Source: a virus | Length of the DNA stretch: 32,617 nucleotides | Virus record (IMG/VR): IMGVR_UViG_3300048854_000232 | Location: 1-32,617 of that record | Strand: one strand, 5' to 3' | In this document: one piece after another, positions 1 through 8,832 of the stretch | Layout: each line of letters opens with the position of its first letter | How positions within the stretch are numbered: position 1 is the stretch's first letter | Made by a program: the position numbers and the translations under genes | The notes under the pieces: generated by a model | The model's database searches: none | What the model saw: only the letters and a program-made list of their open reading frames with translations | Told to the model about the DNA's origin: nothing

Positions 1-2
1 CG

Positions 3-1457
3 ATGGATGCCAATGCCAAGAAAGTCATCTACACAGTCAACGCCACGGATAGCGCCGGTGTGGCTTACACGCAGCAGCCCACGGGCGGTAACGTGACGCA
101 GTTCTACCTGGGTACGGTGGAAGGTGCCGGTGCGTTCTCTTCGGCCGGCTACCAGCAGGACTCGTTGGTCCTGAACAACACGCTGACCCAAGCAGAGAAG
201 CTGTGGCTGTACAACGGCGGGGCAGGACGCACCTACGCGCAATTGTCGGCACGTGGTCTACCCTCGGCATTGGATGCCTATAAGCGAGCGGTCTTGGCTG
301 AGAAGCCCGTGGCCTACTACCGCTTGAATGAAACCGGCGGGACGCAGATCACCGACAGCAGCGGCAATGGCTTCCACGGCACCTTCAGCACAGACGTCTC
401 GGCGCTGGCAGGACCGGGGTTGATCACCACGGACACGGCGGCGGGTGCATTGGCCTTCGGGCTGAACAACTTCCTCGTGTCCAATGCGTCCAACAACTTC
501 AACAACCAGGTGTTCGTCACTAACTTCGGTTTTGGGATTGTAGTTGCGCCGGTGGCTGGAGACTACCAGTCGACGATTGGTGCGGTGGTGCAGATGGGTG
601 CCGGTGGTAACGGGGTGGCGGAAATTGACATCGTCGATCAAGGCGATAACAAGACCTTCCAGATCCGGATCATGCAGTCGGGCATCGCTCAGCTCATTGT
701 CACGCGCTCGTTCGCCTACGGCGGGGCCTATCACGTGTTTCTGCAATACTCCACCACGGATGGAACCACCCAGCTCTATGTGGACGGGGAACTGATGGGT
801 ACCGCGGCCAGCTCGTTCAACTCGAATGGGTCGCCATGGAAGTTCGGTGCAGCCGATTTCGGCAGCAGCATCAGCAACTACCCGTTCATCGGACGGATGG
901 CTGAGATTGCTGTTTACAATCATCCACTGCGGGTGGAGTCGATTCGACACCAGGCCGCGTTGGCCAAGCTGGCCTTCACCGCACAGCCTCGCTATTGGAA
1001 GGTGGTGATCACCAAGATCGATGGGGGCACGGAAGCGGCCTTGCAGGAAATCGAACTGCACTCGGTGGTCGGTGGGGCAAACATCTTAACGTCGAGTACA
1101 CCGGTTTCGGTGAGCGACACGTTGGATGCCACGACCAACTACAAAGGTGCGAACTTGGTGGACGGTGATGTCACCTCGCAGACCAGTGGACTGTGGTTGA
1201 CGGGTTCCGGGACGGTCTCGCCAACCAACACCAAGTGGGCGATGCTCGATTTGCAAAACACGCGCACCCCGGTGGCCGAGATCAAGCTGTGGCCGGAGAA
1301 CTTTACACCGTTCGACAAGCAGCGTTCTCCGGTAGACTTCACGATCCAGTCCTCCACGGATGGCTTGAGCTGGGATATCCGTCGAACCCTCACCGGAGAG
1401 ACGAACTGGTCCTCGGGCCATCCCCGCAGTTACACGATTCCACCGCTAGGCAGCTAA
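3..1457 (+). CDS. Virion/tail-associated lectin-like protein (LamG/concanavalin-like domain(s) plus C-terminal discoidin/F5-8 type C-like domain); probably 5'-truncated by the window edge
   Basis: LamG-type motifs 'PVAYYRLNETGGTQITDSSGNGFHGT', 'TTQLYVDGEL' and 'FIGRMAEIAVYNHPL'. The C-terminal 'RYWKVVIT...LQEIEL...SPVDFTIQSSTDGLSW' is discoidin-like. The frame is open to the window start and is followed by a terminator. Confidence 0.7.
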   Translation: MDANAKKVIYTVNATDSAGVAYTQQPTGGNVTQFYLGTVEGAGAFSSAGYQQDSLVLNNTLTQAEKLWLYNGGAGRTYAQLSARGLPSALDAYKRAVLAEKPVAYYRLNETGGTQITDSSGNGFHGTFSTDVSALAGPGLITTDTAAGALAFGLNNFLVSNASNNFNNQVFVTNFGFGIVVAPVAGDYQSTIGAVVQMGAGGNGVAEIDIVDQGDNKTFQIRIMQSGIAQLIVTRSFAYGGAYHVFLQYSTTDGTTQLYVDGELMGTAASSFNSNGSPWKFGAADFGSSISNYPFIGRMAEIAVYNHPLRVESIRHQAALAKLAFTAQPRYWKVVITKIDGGTEAALQEIELHSVVGGANILTSSTPVSVSDTLDATTNYKGANLVDGDVTSQTSGLWLTGSGTVSPTNTKWAMLDLQNTRTPVAEIKLWPENFTPFDKQRSPVDFTIQSSTDGLSWDIRRTLTGETNWSSGHPRSYTIPPLGS

Positions 1458-1462
1458 GTCAA

Positions 1463-1500
1463 ACCTACCTATCCCTTCGGGGGTAGGTAGGTATTTTTTT
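1463..1500 (+). terminator. Rho-independent terminator
   Basis: Stem ACCTACCTATCCC / GGGGTAGGTAGGT (one G-U pair), C(UUCG)G loop, then a T7 tract just after the stop at 1457. Confidence 0.9.
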
Positions 1501-1549
1501 ACCTCATCCTGTGAGTATTTTCTCGTTTTATCCCCTGACGGAGCTTGCC

Positions 1550-4183
1550 ATGAGTCTCACTTTCCAGCCGATGGCCTCGCTGAATTCGGTGCCGATGATC
1601 GGCGACAATGACAGCCTGGTCGTCATGACCACGGCCGGGCCGCGCCGCATTCTCAAAAGCGCGCTGACGGCGGGCTTGGCCCAGAACCTCCCCGCGATCA
1701 CCGAGTTCAATGCCGCGGCCTCCGAAGTCGCGGCTGCCCCCACGCTGGGCGCCTACGGCTTTGCCTCCCTGGTCCCGACCACATTCAACTACTGGCGGGA
1801 AGCCGCGCTGGACTCGGTCGCCTTTTCGGCGGCCTACACCTACGATGGCGTGCAGGATACAACCCGCGACGCGGCCTTCCGTTTCAACGGTACGCTGCCC
1901 AAGACGGGTAAGTATTGGATGTCGGTCAACGCCGACATGACCGCGCTGACCAGTGCGAACAGCCAGCTTGCGCTGTATATCCTGAACGACATCGGTGATC
2001 TGGCTGTCAACGGCAGCAACGCCAAGACCTCGATCCTTATCAGCAAAACCATGGTCAGTTGGTTCGTGGAAGGATCGATGTCGAACCCCACGATCATCAC
2101 CACCAGCGCCTCGCAGCTGAAAAGCCTCTTGATCGCGTTCAACTGCGATGCCAACACCGTCACGATCTACGGCCCGAGCGGTCAGCAGGCAATCCTAAAC
2201 TTCGGCAGCGCCGGCCTGACCCTTGGCGGCCGTGCGTTGTGCGGCATCGTCTTCGTGGATTCGTCGGACTACGGCAAGACGCTGAAGATGACGTTCAACA
2301 CCACGACCCCGGCAACCTCGCCGGTGGCGATCCCCAGCGGCTTCACCGGGCTGCAGCTCATCAATGCGGTGCTGCCCCCGTACGTGGTCCAAGGCATGGG
2401 CATCCGCTCGACTACGGCATCGAGCTACCGCGGACAGGCCATCAACGCCTACGACTCCTACCTGCTGGGTAGCGATCGCTTGTTGCTGTTGACGGACATC
2501 TACCGCACGCCACAGCTGAACAAGAACAATCTGTTCACCAAGCCGCAGACCTTGCAGCAGTACATCGTCGACTACGGTACGTTCTTCCCCGGCGGTCAGG
2601 GCGCGCCGATCGTCATTGCGCGAAATCAGGAAGCGATCCTGATCCAGGCGCAGACCGCCAACCAAGGCCTGCTGCAGACCATCTCCTTCGGCGCGTCCAA
2701 CTTTGGTGGCGGTGGTTATGGGATTCAGTACAACACGGTGGTGGGTTTTGCTAACTACCAGCAGGCCGTCAGTGCGACCTACAACACGGGCTTTGGTCAG
2801 AACGTGTTCAACCGCGCGGTTAACGGCGTCAGCTACAACGTGGGCTTTGGTCAAGACGCTGGCTCTTTAGTCCGCAAAGCCACGTACAACACCGCCGTCG
2901 GCTACCAGGCACTGAAGTCGACCGGTTACAACATGGTCTCGACGGTGGCGGTGGGTCAGGGTGCGTTGTCGGGGTATGTGGATGCGGGCTACAACGGCAC
3001 CAATGACACGGGCATCACCACCAAGACCGGCATGGTCGCGATCGGTTCGTATGCCATGGGATCGGATACCACCGCAGGTCTTGCTCTTCAGGACAATGCA
3101 GTCGCCATCGGTATTCGTGCAGGCTACAAGTCCAATGTCGGTCCAGCCGTGATGATCGGCTCGGATGCCGGTAACGGCGCCTCCAACGCCACAGGTACGG
3201 TGGCCATTGGTTCGTTTGCTTTTGGTAACGGCAGTGGTACGGCCGCTACCGGTCTTAGCAACGTGGCCATCGGCAGCAGTGCCATGAGTGGCGCGAAGCA
3301 GGCGTATTCCGTGGCGGTCGGTCAGAATGCGTTGATCAGTGCCGTAGATCCGACCGGAACCAACTCGGTCAACGTGGCCATCGGTTCGGGCGCACTCAAC
3401 GCTTATACGGGCACGCAGTCCACCGGCGTGGGTGCTGGCACCCTGAACGGGGCACTCGCCTTCACGAACGCGACGGCCCTGGGTTACTCGGCTACGGTGA
3501 CGGGCGATAACCAGGTACAGCTGGGTAACTCGGCGACCACGACGTACACCTACGGTGCGGTGCAGAACCGTTCGGACATTCGCGACAAGACCGACGTGCG
3601 CAATACCGAACTGGGTCTGGACTTCATCATGGCTTTGCGTCCGGTGGATTTCCGGTGGGACATGCGCGATGACTACATCGACTACGCCAGCATGCCGGTG
3701 GCCCCCGAGCCGATGCGTCCGGAACCGGTCATGGGCGAGGTCGAGCTGGAAGACGTCCAATACCAACCGATGCTCTTGGCTTACAAGGCCGATCATGCGG
3801 CGTGGGAAGAGGAGTTGAAAGTCTACACCCTGGCTCGGGATCAGTACGAAGCCGGGATGGTGGTCTGGGTCCGTGCCAACGACTTCAACCGCATGGTCCA
3901 TGACGGCACGCACACCCGCAAGCGCTTCCATCACGGCTTCATTGCCCAGGAAGTCAAGCAGGTGGTCGATGACCAGAAGACCGACTTCGGCGGCTTCCAG
4001 GATCACCTGAAGGCCGACGGTAAGGATGTCAAGTCGCTGGGTTATGAGGAGTTCATCGCTCCAATGGTGCGTGCGATCCAGCAGATCAACGTCAAGACCG
4101 ACAGCGAGATCTACATCGACCAGATCGCCCGCCGGGTGGTGGAAGTCATGAAGGAACAAGGCCTCGTGGCGGTAGCACAATAA
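1550..4183 (+). CDS. Tail fibre/spike: SPRY-like region, Gly-rich (N)xA(V/I)GxxA repeats, C-terminal peptidase S74 intramolecular chaperone
   Basis: ATG 1550 has a GGAG RBS and is preferred over GTG 1511 because its MSLTFQ start matches the next gene. Repeats include NTGFGQNV, NVGFGQDA, NTAVGYQAL, NVAIGSSAM. S74 motif 'RSDIRDK...LRPVDFRW...HGFIAQEV...LGYEEFIAPMVRAIQ' begins near 3572. Confidence 0.85.
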   Translation: MSLTFQPMASLNSVPMIGDNDSLVVMTTAGPRRILKSALTAGLAQNLPAITEFNAAASEVAAAPTLGAYGFASLVPTTFNYWREAALDSVAFSAAYTYDGVQDTTRDAAFRFNGTLPKTGKYWMSVNADMTALTSANSQLALYILNDIGDLAVNGSNAKTSILISKTMVSWFVEGSMSNPTIITTSASQLKSLLIAFNCDANTVTIYGPSGQQAILNFGSAGLTLGGRALCGIVFVDSSDYGKTLKMTFNTTTPATSPVAIPSGFTGLQLINAVLPPYVVQGMGIRSTTASSYRGQAINAYDSYLLGSDRLLLLTDIYRTPQLNKNNLFTKPQTLQQYIVDYGTFFPGGQGAPIVIARNQEAILIQAQTANQGLLQTISFGASNFGGGGYGIQYNTVVGFANYQQAVSATYNTGFGQNVFNRAVNGVSYNVGFGQDAGSLVRKATYNTAVGYQALKSTGYNMVSTVAVGQGALSGYVDAGYNGTNDTGITTKTGMVAIGSYAMGSDTTAGLALQDNAVAIGIRAGYKSNVGPAVMIGSDAGNGASNATGTVAIGSFAFGNGSGTAATGLSNVAIGSSAMSGAKQAYSVAVGQNALISAVDPTGTNSVNVAIGSGALNAYTGTQSTGVGAGTLNGALAFTNATALGYSATVTGDNQVQLGNSATTTYTYGAVQNRSDIRDKTDVRNTELGLDFIMALRPVDFRWDMRDDYIDYASMPVAPEPMRPEPVMGEVELEDVQYQPMLLAYKADHAAWEEELKVYTLARDQYEAGMVVWVRANDFNRMVHDGTHTRKRFHHGFIAQEVKQVVDDQKTDFGGFQDHLKADGKDVKSLGYEEFIAPMVRAIQQINVKTDSEIYIDQIARRVVEVMKEQGLVAVAQ

Positions 4184-4191
4184 CGGCATAG

Positions 4192-4230
4192 CGAGACAGC
4201 AGGTAACCCCTGCTGTCTCGTCTTTTGCCA
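4192..4230 (+). terminator. Hairpin terminator
   Basis: Perfect 12-bp stem CGAGACAGCAGG / CCTGCTGTCTCG followed by TCTTTTGCCA and preceded by CGGCATA. Confidence 0.8.
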
Positions 4231-4280
4231 CGGAGTTAGGATAACGCACACGGACGTCCTATGTTTACAGGAACAGGGCC

Positions 4281-6632
4281 ATGTCACTGACATTCCAAAG
4301 CCTTGCCTCGCTGCCGGTGATTGCCAGCACCACCGGTCAAGCAGTTCTGCTAGTGCAGACCACGCAAGGTTTCAAAAACATTGAGGCTGATAGCCTTAAA
4401 GATTTCTTCACCGCCGATTTGGCCCAGGCGGTAGCCGACCTGGAAGCCAACTCAGGTCCGTCCATCTGGCCGACGCCACGCAAGATCGCACTCACCGGTG
4501 TCCTCAGTGGTGAAGTGTTGTTGGACGGCTCGATGGACGTCAGTTTGCCAACCGCGATTGCCGACGGTGCACTGACCACTGCCAAGGTGTTGGGACTGCC
4601 CGCGTCGCTGACAGCGATCAACACGGCTCTGACGGGTAAGCTGGGCTCCACGGCTAACGCGGTCAGTGCCAGCAAACTGTCTACGCTACGCAACATCAAC
4701 CTCGCGGGGGATGCCACCGGGACGACCACTTTCGATGGTAGTGCCGATGCGTCCATGACGGTCACGGTGGCGGGACTGACCAACAAGGTGGATAAGACGG
4801 TCACCTTGGGCATTGGTGGCGTGGGCGTCGATTACGATACGATCCTGACTTCGGGATTCTATCGCGATGCCACCAGCAACAACACCAACCGACCGGCGTG
4901 GACCTACGGGCAGATGATCGTCTCCTCCGGGGCTGACACGGCGATTCAGTTATACGGCAGCTACTCGGGCAATCACTTGTTCTTCCGTGGCGCGAACTAT
5001 CCGGGCGGTGTCACCACCTGGACGCCGTGGGTAGAAATGTGGCACAGCGGGAACTTCGACCCGACCACCAAACTGGATGCCGCTCAGCGTGGTACTGCCA
5101 ATGGCGTAGCCACGCTGGATGGTAGTGGTAAGATCCCCAGTGCCCAGCTCCCGGCTTCGTTCGTCGGGCAGGTCGCCTACCAAGGTACTTGGGACGCATC
5201 GACCGGGAATGCACCCACTCTCGCGCCACAGCTCGGCTATTACTACATCGTCACCGTAGCAGGCGCCACGGCCCTGGACGGTATCAGCGATTGGAACGTC
5301 GGTGATTGGGCGATCTATGATACCCAATGGCACAAGGTCGACAACACCGATGCCATCTCCTCGTGGAATGGTCGTACGGGTGCGATCCTCCCCGCCGCGA
5401 ACGATTACACCTTTGCCCAGATCGCGTCCAAACCCACCACACTGTTGGGCTATGGCATCACAGATGCGGTTACCACAAGCAACTATACCAGTGCTGACGT
5501 GGTTTCTAAGTTGGCTGGTCAGACCTTGGCGTTGAGTTCTCTTAGCATCGGCGCCGATAGCGACATTCTGTTCACCGAGTCGCCGACCAATGGGTTGAAT
5601 CTGCGGGCCGGTCCGTCAACAGCTTACGTCAACTACGCCTTCGGTACTACCGGTCAGTTCAAGGCGCCGACGATCTCTACCGGCGGCGCCCTCGTCACTG
5701 GTCCGGGTTCTCCGAACTTCAACGTCAAATCGACCGATGCCGGTGCCACAGGTTGGTACATGGTTGGCGTGGGCATTTCGTGGGGTGGTAATGCTCCCGT
5801 AGGGGGCTTGGCTTTCTACGCCGACGCTGTCGGTACCGCAGCGTACTTTGATGCTGCCGGAACGATGACCTTCAACAAGGATGTCATCAGCGCAGGGCAG
5901 TTCACCGCCAAGGGTACCTCGCCCTACAAGTTCCGCATGGTCGGTGGTAACTACGGCGCCGTGTGGTATCAGGACGGCACGCAGATGTACTTGCTGCTGA
6001 CCAACTCCGGCGATCAGATGGGCGCGTTCAATACGCTCCGTCCGTTCTACGTGAATGTGGCCACCGGCGGGGTCACGATGCAACAGGGCGCGAGCATTAC
6101 CAACACGCTCACTGTGGACAAGGTTGTCTGTGGTTTCGATCCTGGCGTGTCAGGCTCCTTCGGTTGCAACAACTGGTTCCGTTCCTCCGGACAGTCGGGT
6201 ATCTACTTTAACGACTACGGCGGTGGCGTGTACATGCAGGACACCACCTACGTCCGTGCCTACAACGGTAAGGCGATGGCGGCATCCGACTTCGTGATCT
6301 CCTCCGACGAACGCCTGAAGACTGGCATTCGTAAGTTGGAGTACAAGGGACGCTTACGACCAGTCAACTTCGTCTACCGTAAGGATGGCAAAGCGGACAT
6401 CGGGTTCATTGCGCAGGACGTCGAAGCGCTCTACCCCGAGGCGGTGACCACGCGTGAGATTGACGGGATGAAGGAGTTGTCTATCCAGAAAATGACCGCC
6501 GTCGTCTCCCATCAGGTCAACGCGCTGGAAGACGAACATGCCAAGCTGGTCGCTGAAGTCGCTGAGCTTCGTGCCCTACTGACCCAACGCAAACCTCGCC
6601 TTCTGACTTTCTTTAAGAGGATCTTCTCATGA
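4281..6632 (+). CDS. Mosaic long tail fibre with pyocin-knob-like domain and C-terminal S74 chaperone
   Basis: Recognisable fibre modules: 'TPRKIALTG..SGEVLLDGS' (x2), knob '...WTPWVEMWHSGNFDP', 'GTANGVATLDGSGKIPSAQLP', 'YQGTWDAS..GYYYIV', 'KPTTLLGYGITDA', 'FNTLRPFYVN', 'NWFRSSGQSGIYFNDYGGG'. S74 motif 'SSDERLK...IGFIAQDVEALYPEAV'. AGGA RBS upstream. Confidence 0.9.
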   Translation: MSLTFQSLASLPVIASTTGQAVLLVQTTQGFKNIEADSLKDFFTADLAQAVADLEANSGPSIWPTPRKIALTGVLSGEVLLDGSMDVSLPTAIADGALTTAKVLGLPASLTAINTALTGKLGSTANAVSASKLSTLRNINLAGDATGTTTFDGSADASMTVTVAGLTNKVDKTVTLGIGGVGVDYDTILTSGFYRDATSNNTNRPAWTYGQMIVSSGADTAIQLYGSYSGNHLFFRGANYPGGVTTWTPWVEMWHSGNFDPTTKLDAAQRGTANGVATLDGSGKIPSAQLPASFVGQVAYQGTWDASTGNAPTLAPQLGYYYIVTVAGATALDGISDWNVGDWAIYDTQWHKVDNTDAISSWNGRTGAILPAANDYTFAQIASKPTTLLGYGITDAVTTSNYTSADVVSKLAGQTLALSSLSIGADSDILFTESPTNGLNLRAGPSTAYVNYAFGTTGQFKAPTISTGGALVTGPGSPNFNVKSTDAGATGWYMVGVGISWGGNAPVGGLAFYADAVGTAAYFDAAGTMTFNKDVISAGQFTAKGTSPYKFRMVGGNYGAVWYQDGTQMYLLLTNSGDQMGAFNTLRPFYVNVATGGVTMQQGASITNTLTVDKVVCGFDPGVSGSFGCNNWFRSSGQSGIYFNDYGGGVYMQDTTYVRAYNGKAMAASDFVISSDERLKTGIRKLEYKGRLRPVNFVYRKDGKADIGFIAQDVEALYPEAVTTREIDGMKELSIQKMTAVVSHQVNALEDEHAKLVAEVAELRALLTQRKPRLLTFFKRIFS

Positions 6633-7126
6633 GTACCGGACAACCTATCGGTGGTAACGGCACGGATGTGGTGATCAATCCGAGCCCGACGGACAATGCT
6701 CGCTTTCAGGACGAAGGTGGCGGTACGGTGTCGGAGATGATGGCCCACCAGGTGCAGTTCTTCTACGACCCCACCACGATGCAGGCGCGTTCGATCTTCA
6801 ACGGTAAGCCGTACCTGAACATCAGCAACGTGTACCGCGCACTGGATGAGTCCAACGACATCTTGCACGTGGACTTCTCCGACAAGCTCGCCAAGTGCTA
6901 CGGACAGCACTTGGGTACGTTGACTGATCCGGCTACCGGCGTGGATCTGACCAACGTGTCGGTGGCGGGGGTGATGGCACTGATGAAAGCGGCGTATGAC
7001 GAGGAGTTCAACCTGCGTGCGTTCGTGATCGCCTCGCAGATCGCTGCGGCGGAGGCGGCGGCTCGAGATGCAGCGGAGTCGGTCGTTACCGTCACCCAGT
7101 TGCCTGATCCACCGGCTGCGAGTTAA
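6629..7126 (+). CDS. Hypothetical protein, probably fibre-associated (assembly/chaperone?)
   Basis: ATGA overlap with the fibre stop, GAGGA RBS and phage-like codon usage. Function is inferred from position only. Confidence 0.6.
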   Translation: MSTGQPIGGNGTDVVINPSPTDNARFQDEGGGTVSEMMAHQVQFFYDPTTMQARSIFNGKPYLNISNVYRALDESNDILHVDFSDKLAKCYGQHLGTLTDPATGVDLTNVSVAGVMALMKAAYDEEFNLRAFVIASQIAAAEAAARDAAESVVTVTQLPDPPAAS

Positions 7127-7138
7127 AGGAGAAGTCTC

Positions 7139-7663
7139 ATGACTGTATCCAATCCGGCATCGCTCTCCTCAGCCACGGCTGAGTTCAGTGGCCCGGGCTC
7201 GTTAAGCGCGTTGGTGCGTGGCGGCTCGTACGTGGCCGCGGGTGCCTCGGCAAGCATCTCCACGGCGGTCGCGGGCTTGGCCCTCTCCCAGTTCAACGGG
7301 GTGACCAAGCCCGCCTCGGTGAGCTTCGCCAGCTTTCCGCGCAGCGTCTCCCATCAGGCAGTCACTGGTAAGCCCGGCGGCGCTTCGTTGATCCTAAATG
7401 CCAACGGGACATACGGCGGCACCAATTCCGGCACCTGGGTCAGTCCCGCAGGATCGTACGATGTCTTTGTCACCGCGAATAACGGTAACGGCTCAGGCAC
7501 GCTCAACACCTGGGTCAACGTCGCTGGGCAGACCTGGTCGGTGTCAATCGGTGCAGGTAGCGGTGGTCAGTCTGTACAGTGCACCTTTACCTTCCAGATC
7601 CGGCAGACCGGAACATCCACGGTACTGGCGACCATCACCTGTTCGATTACCTCGTCCAACTAA
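7139..7663 (+). CDS. Putative fibre-tip adhesin (small G/S/T-rich protein)
   Basis: AAGGAG RBS. The N-terminus 'SLSSATAEFSGPGSLSALVRGGSYV...LALSQFNG' resembles anchor segments of small adhesin genes found behind S74 fibres. The C-terminal part is beta-rich. Confidence 0.6.
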   Translation: MTVSNPASLSSATAEFSGPGSLSALVRGGSYVAAGASASISTAVAGLALSQFNGVTKPASVSFASFPRSVSHQAVTGKPGGASLILNANGTYGGTNSGTWVSPAGSYDVFVTANNGNGSGTLNTWVNVAGQTWSVSIGAGSGGQSVQCTFTFQIRQTGTSTVLATITCSITSSN

Positions 7664-7702
7664 CACATCCTGTAGGCTGCATGTCTTGCAGGTGGAGGTC
7701 CC

Positions 7703-8104
7703 GTGCACACCGTTCCGTACGTCACTCGTCATGGCTACCATTACGAGTTAAGTCGCGAGCCCCGCAGTGAAGCTCCGCCCAGTGCGGAGTTTTGCTGGGA
7801 TCTCACGGATCATTACTGGGTCAGAGACGAATACGCCATGTTGTTAGCCAAAGACTACATGCGTCAGCACCGGGACCAGCTGTTGCGCGATGCCTTGGAT
7901 GTGTTGGACCGTCACGACAAGCAAGTCAAGTACGGAATCGCACCCAGCCTGTCGGAATGGGAAATCCGACAGGTGGCGGTTTACGCCCAAGACTTACGGG
8001 ATGTACCGCAGCAGGTGGGGTTCCCCAGCACGATTCTATGGCCCACGCCTCCGAAAGGTCTCAACCGAGACAAGCACGAGGACCACCTTAAAATCGCAGT
8101 CTGA
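7703..8104 (+). CDS. Phage tail (fibre) assembly chaperone, Tfa/APC-like
   Basis: GTG start with GGAGG RBS. The C-terminal 'RQHRDQLL...YAQDLRDVPQQVGFPSTILWPTPP' is the typical tail-assembly-chaperone signature. Confidence 0.8.
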   Translation: MHTVPYVTRHGYHYELSREPRSEAPPSAEFCWDLTDHYWVRDEYAMLLAKDYMRQHRDQLLRDALDVLDRHDKQVKYGIAPSLSEWEIRQVAVYAQDLRDVPQQVGFPSTILWPTPPKGLNRDKHEDHLKIAV

Positions 8105-8119
8105 AAGGGCGAGTCTTTC

Positions 8120-8719
8120 ATGAACATCACTTTGAGCATTCCGGCCGATACGCGGTTCGAGCGCTCGGGCCCGGAGCTGCTGATCGACATGATCAACAAG
8201 CAGTACGGCTCGACCTTTCGACCTGGCGAGTTGGTCTTCGATACGCCCAGCGTGCAGACCCCGGCCGATCCGGAACTGGCTGACGTTGTGCCCAACACCC
8301 AGGTGACACTGCGTCCGATCACGGCCACCAAAGCCCGTGGCAGCACACACGTCACCTACAGCCGGCTGAACCTGGAAGACTACCTGGGGCCTAACCGCTC
8401 TTACGTACTGACCGACGAGGTCATGACGATCCAGAATCTGCTGGACCATATTTCCGACACCTGGAACGTGGCCCTCTCGCCCGATGACGTCAACGTCACT
8501 GGCCTGGGTGACCCGGCCGATGAAACCGGCGCGGTGGTGGTCACGGTCACGCCCGTCGCAGGGCACCTGATCTGGAACGCTGGAGCGACCTTTGAGGTTG
8601 TTCCCGATAACCATCTGGGTATCGAGATCACCCAACACATCGCCGACGGCCTGACGGTCCCGGTCGTGGAAGGTGAGGAACCCACCACCCTCCAGAGGGC
8701 GGTCTTCCGACTGTTTTAA
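8120..8719 (+). CDS. Jumbo-phage virion structural protein (tail/baseplate-associated repeat family)
   Basis: The motif 'LLIDMINKQ...LVFDTP...NTQVTL...RGSTHVTYSRLNL' resembles domains recurrent in phiKZ-like tail proteins (recall-based). Confidence 0.6.
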   Translation: MNITLSIPADTRFERSGPELLIDMINKQYGSTFRPGELVFDTPSVQTPADPELADVVPNTQVTLRPITATKARGSTHVTYSRLNLEDYLGPNRSYVLTDEVMTIQNLLDHISDTWNVALSPDDVNVTGLGDPADETGAVVVTVTPVAGHLIWNAGATFEVVPDNHLGIEITQHIADGLTVPVVEGEEPTTLQRAVFRLF

Positions 8720-8729
8720 ATTACCGCAG

Positions 8730-8762
8730 GAGAGGGGCGCTTCGGCGCTCCTCTCTATGCCG
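8730..8762 (+). terminator. GC-rich UUCG hairpin without U-tract, followed by TATGCCG
   Basis: GAGAGGGGCGC-TTCG-GCGCTCCTCTC, then TATGCCG at 8756-8762. Confidence 0.6.
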
Positions 8763-8832
8763 TCCAAGTATCTCTTTACTGGGCGCTTTATAGTGTGACC
8801 ATTTCTATCCACTGCGCGGACAGGACCAACAC

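Noticed and set aside
1511-1549. Longer ORF-track starts (1511, 10229, 11766, 12849, 17336, 26564, 27679, 31947)
   Set aside because: Downstream starts have better RBSs, and several extensions run into hairpins or neighbouring genes.
6166-6275. 'NWFRS.G..G.Y...YGGG.YM.D..YVR.YNGK' motif, also seen in shufflon PilV adhesins
   Set aside because: It is a common fibre module; no recombinase or invertible cassettes with repeated crossover sites were seen.
7669-7692. Imperfect hairpin CCTGTAGG...CTTGCAGG before the chaperone RBS
   Set aside because: Weak, relies on G-U pairs and has no U-tract or TATGCCG flank; cannot be called a terminator.
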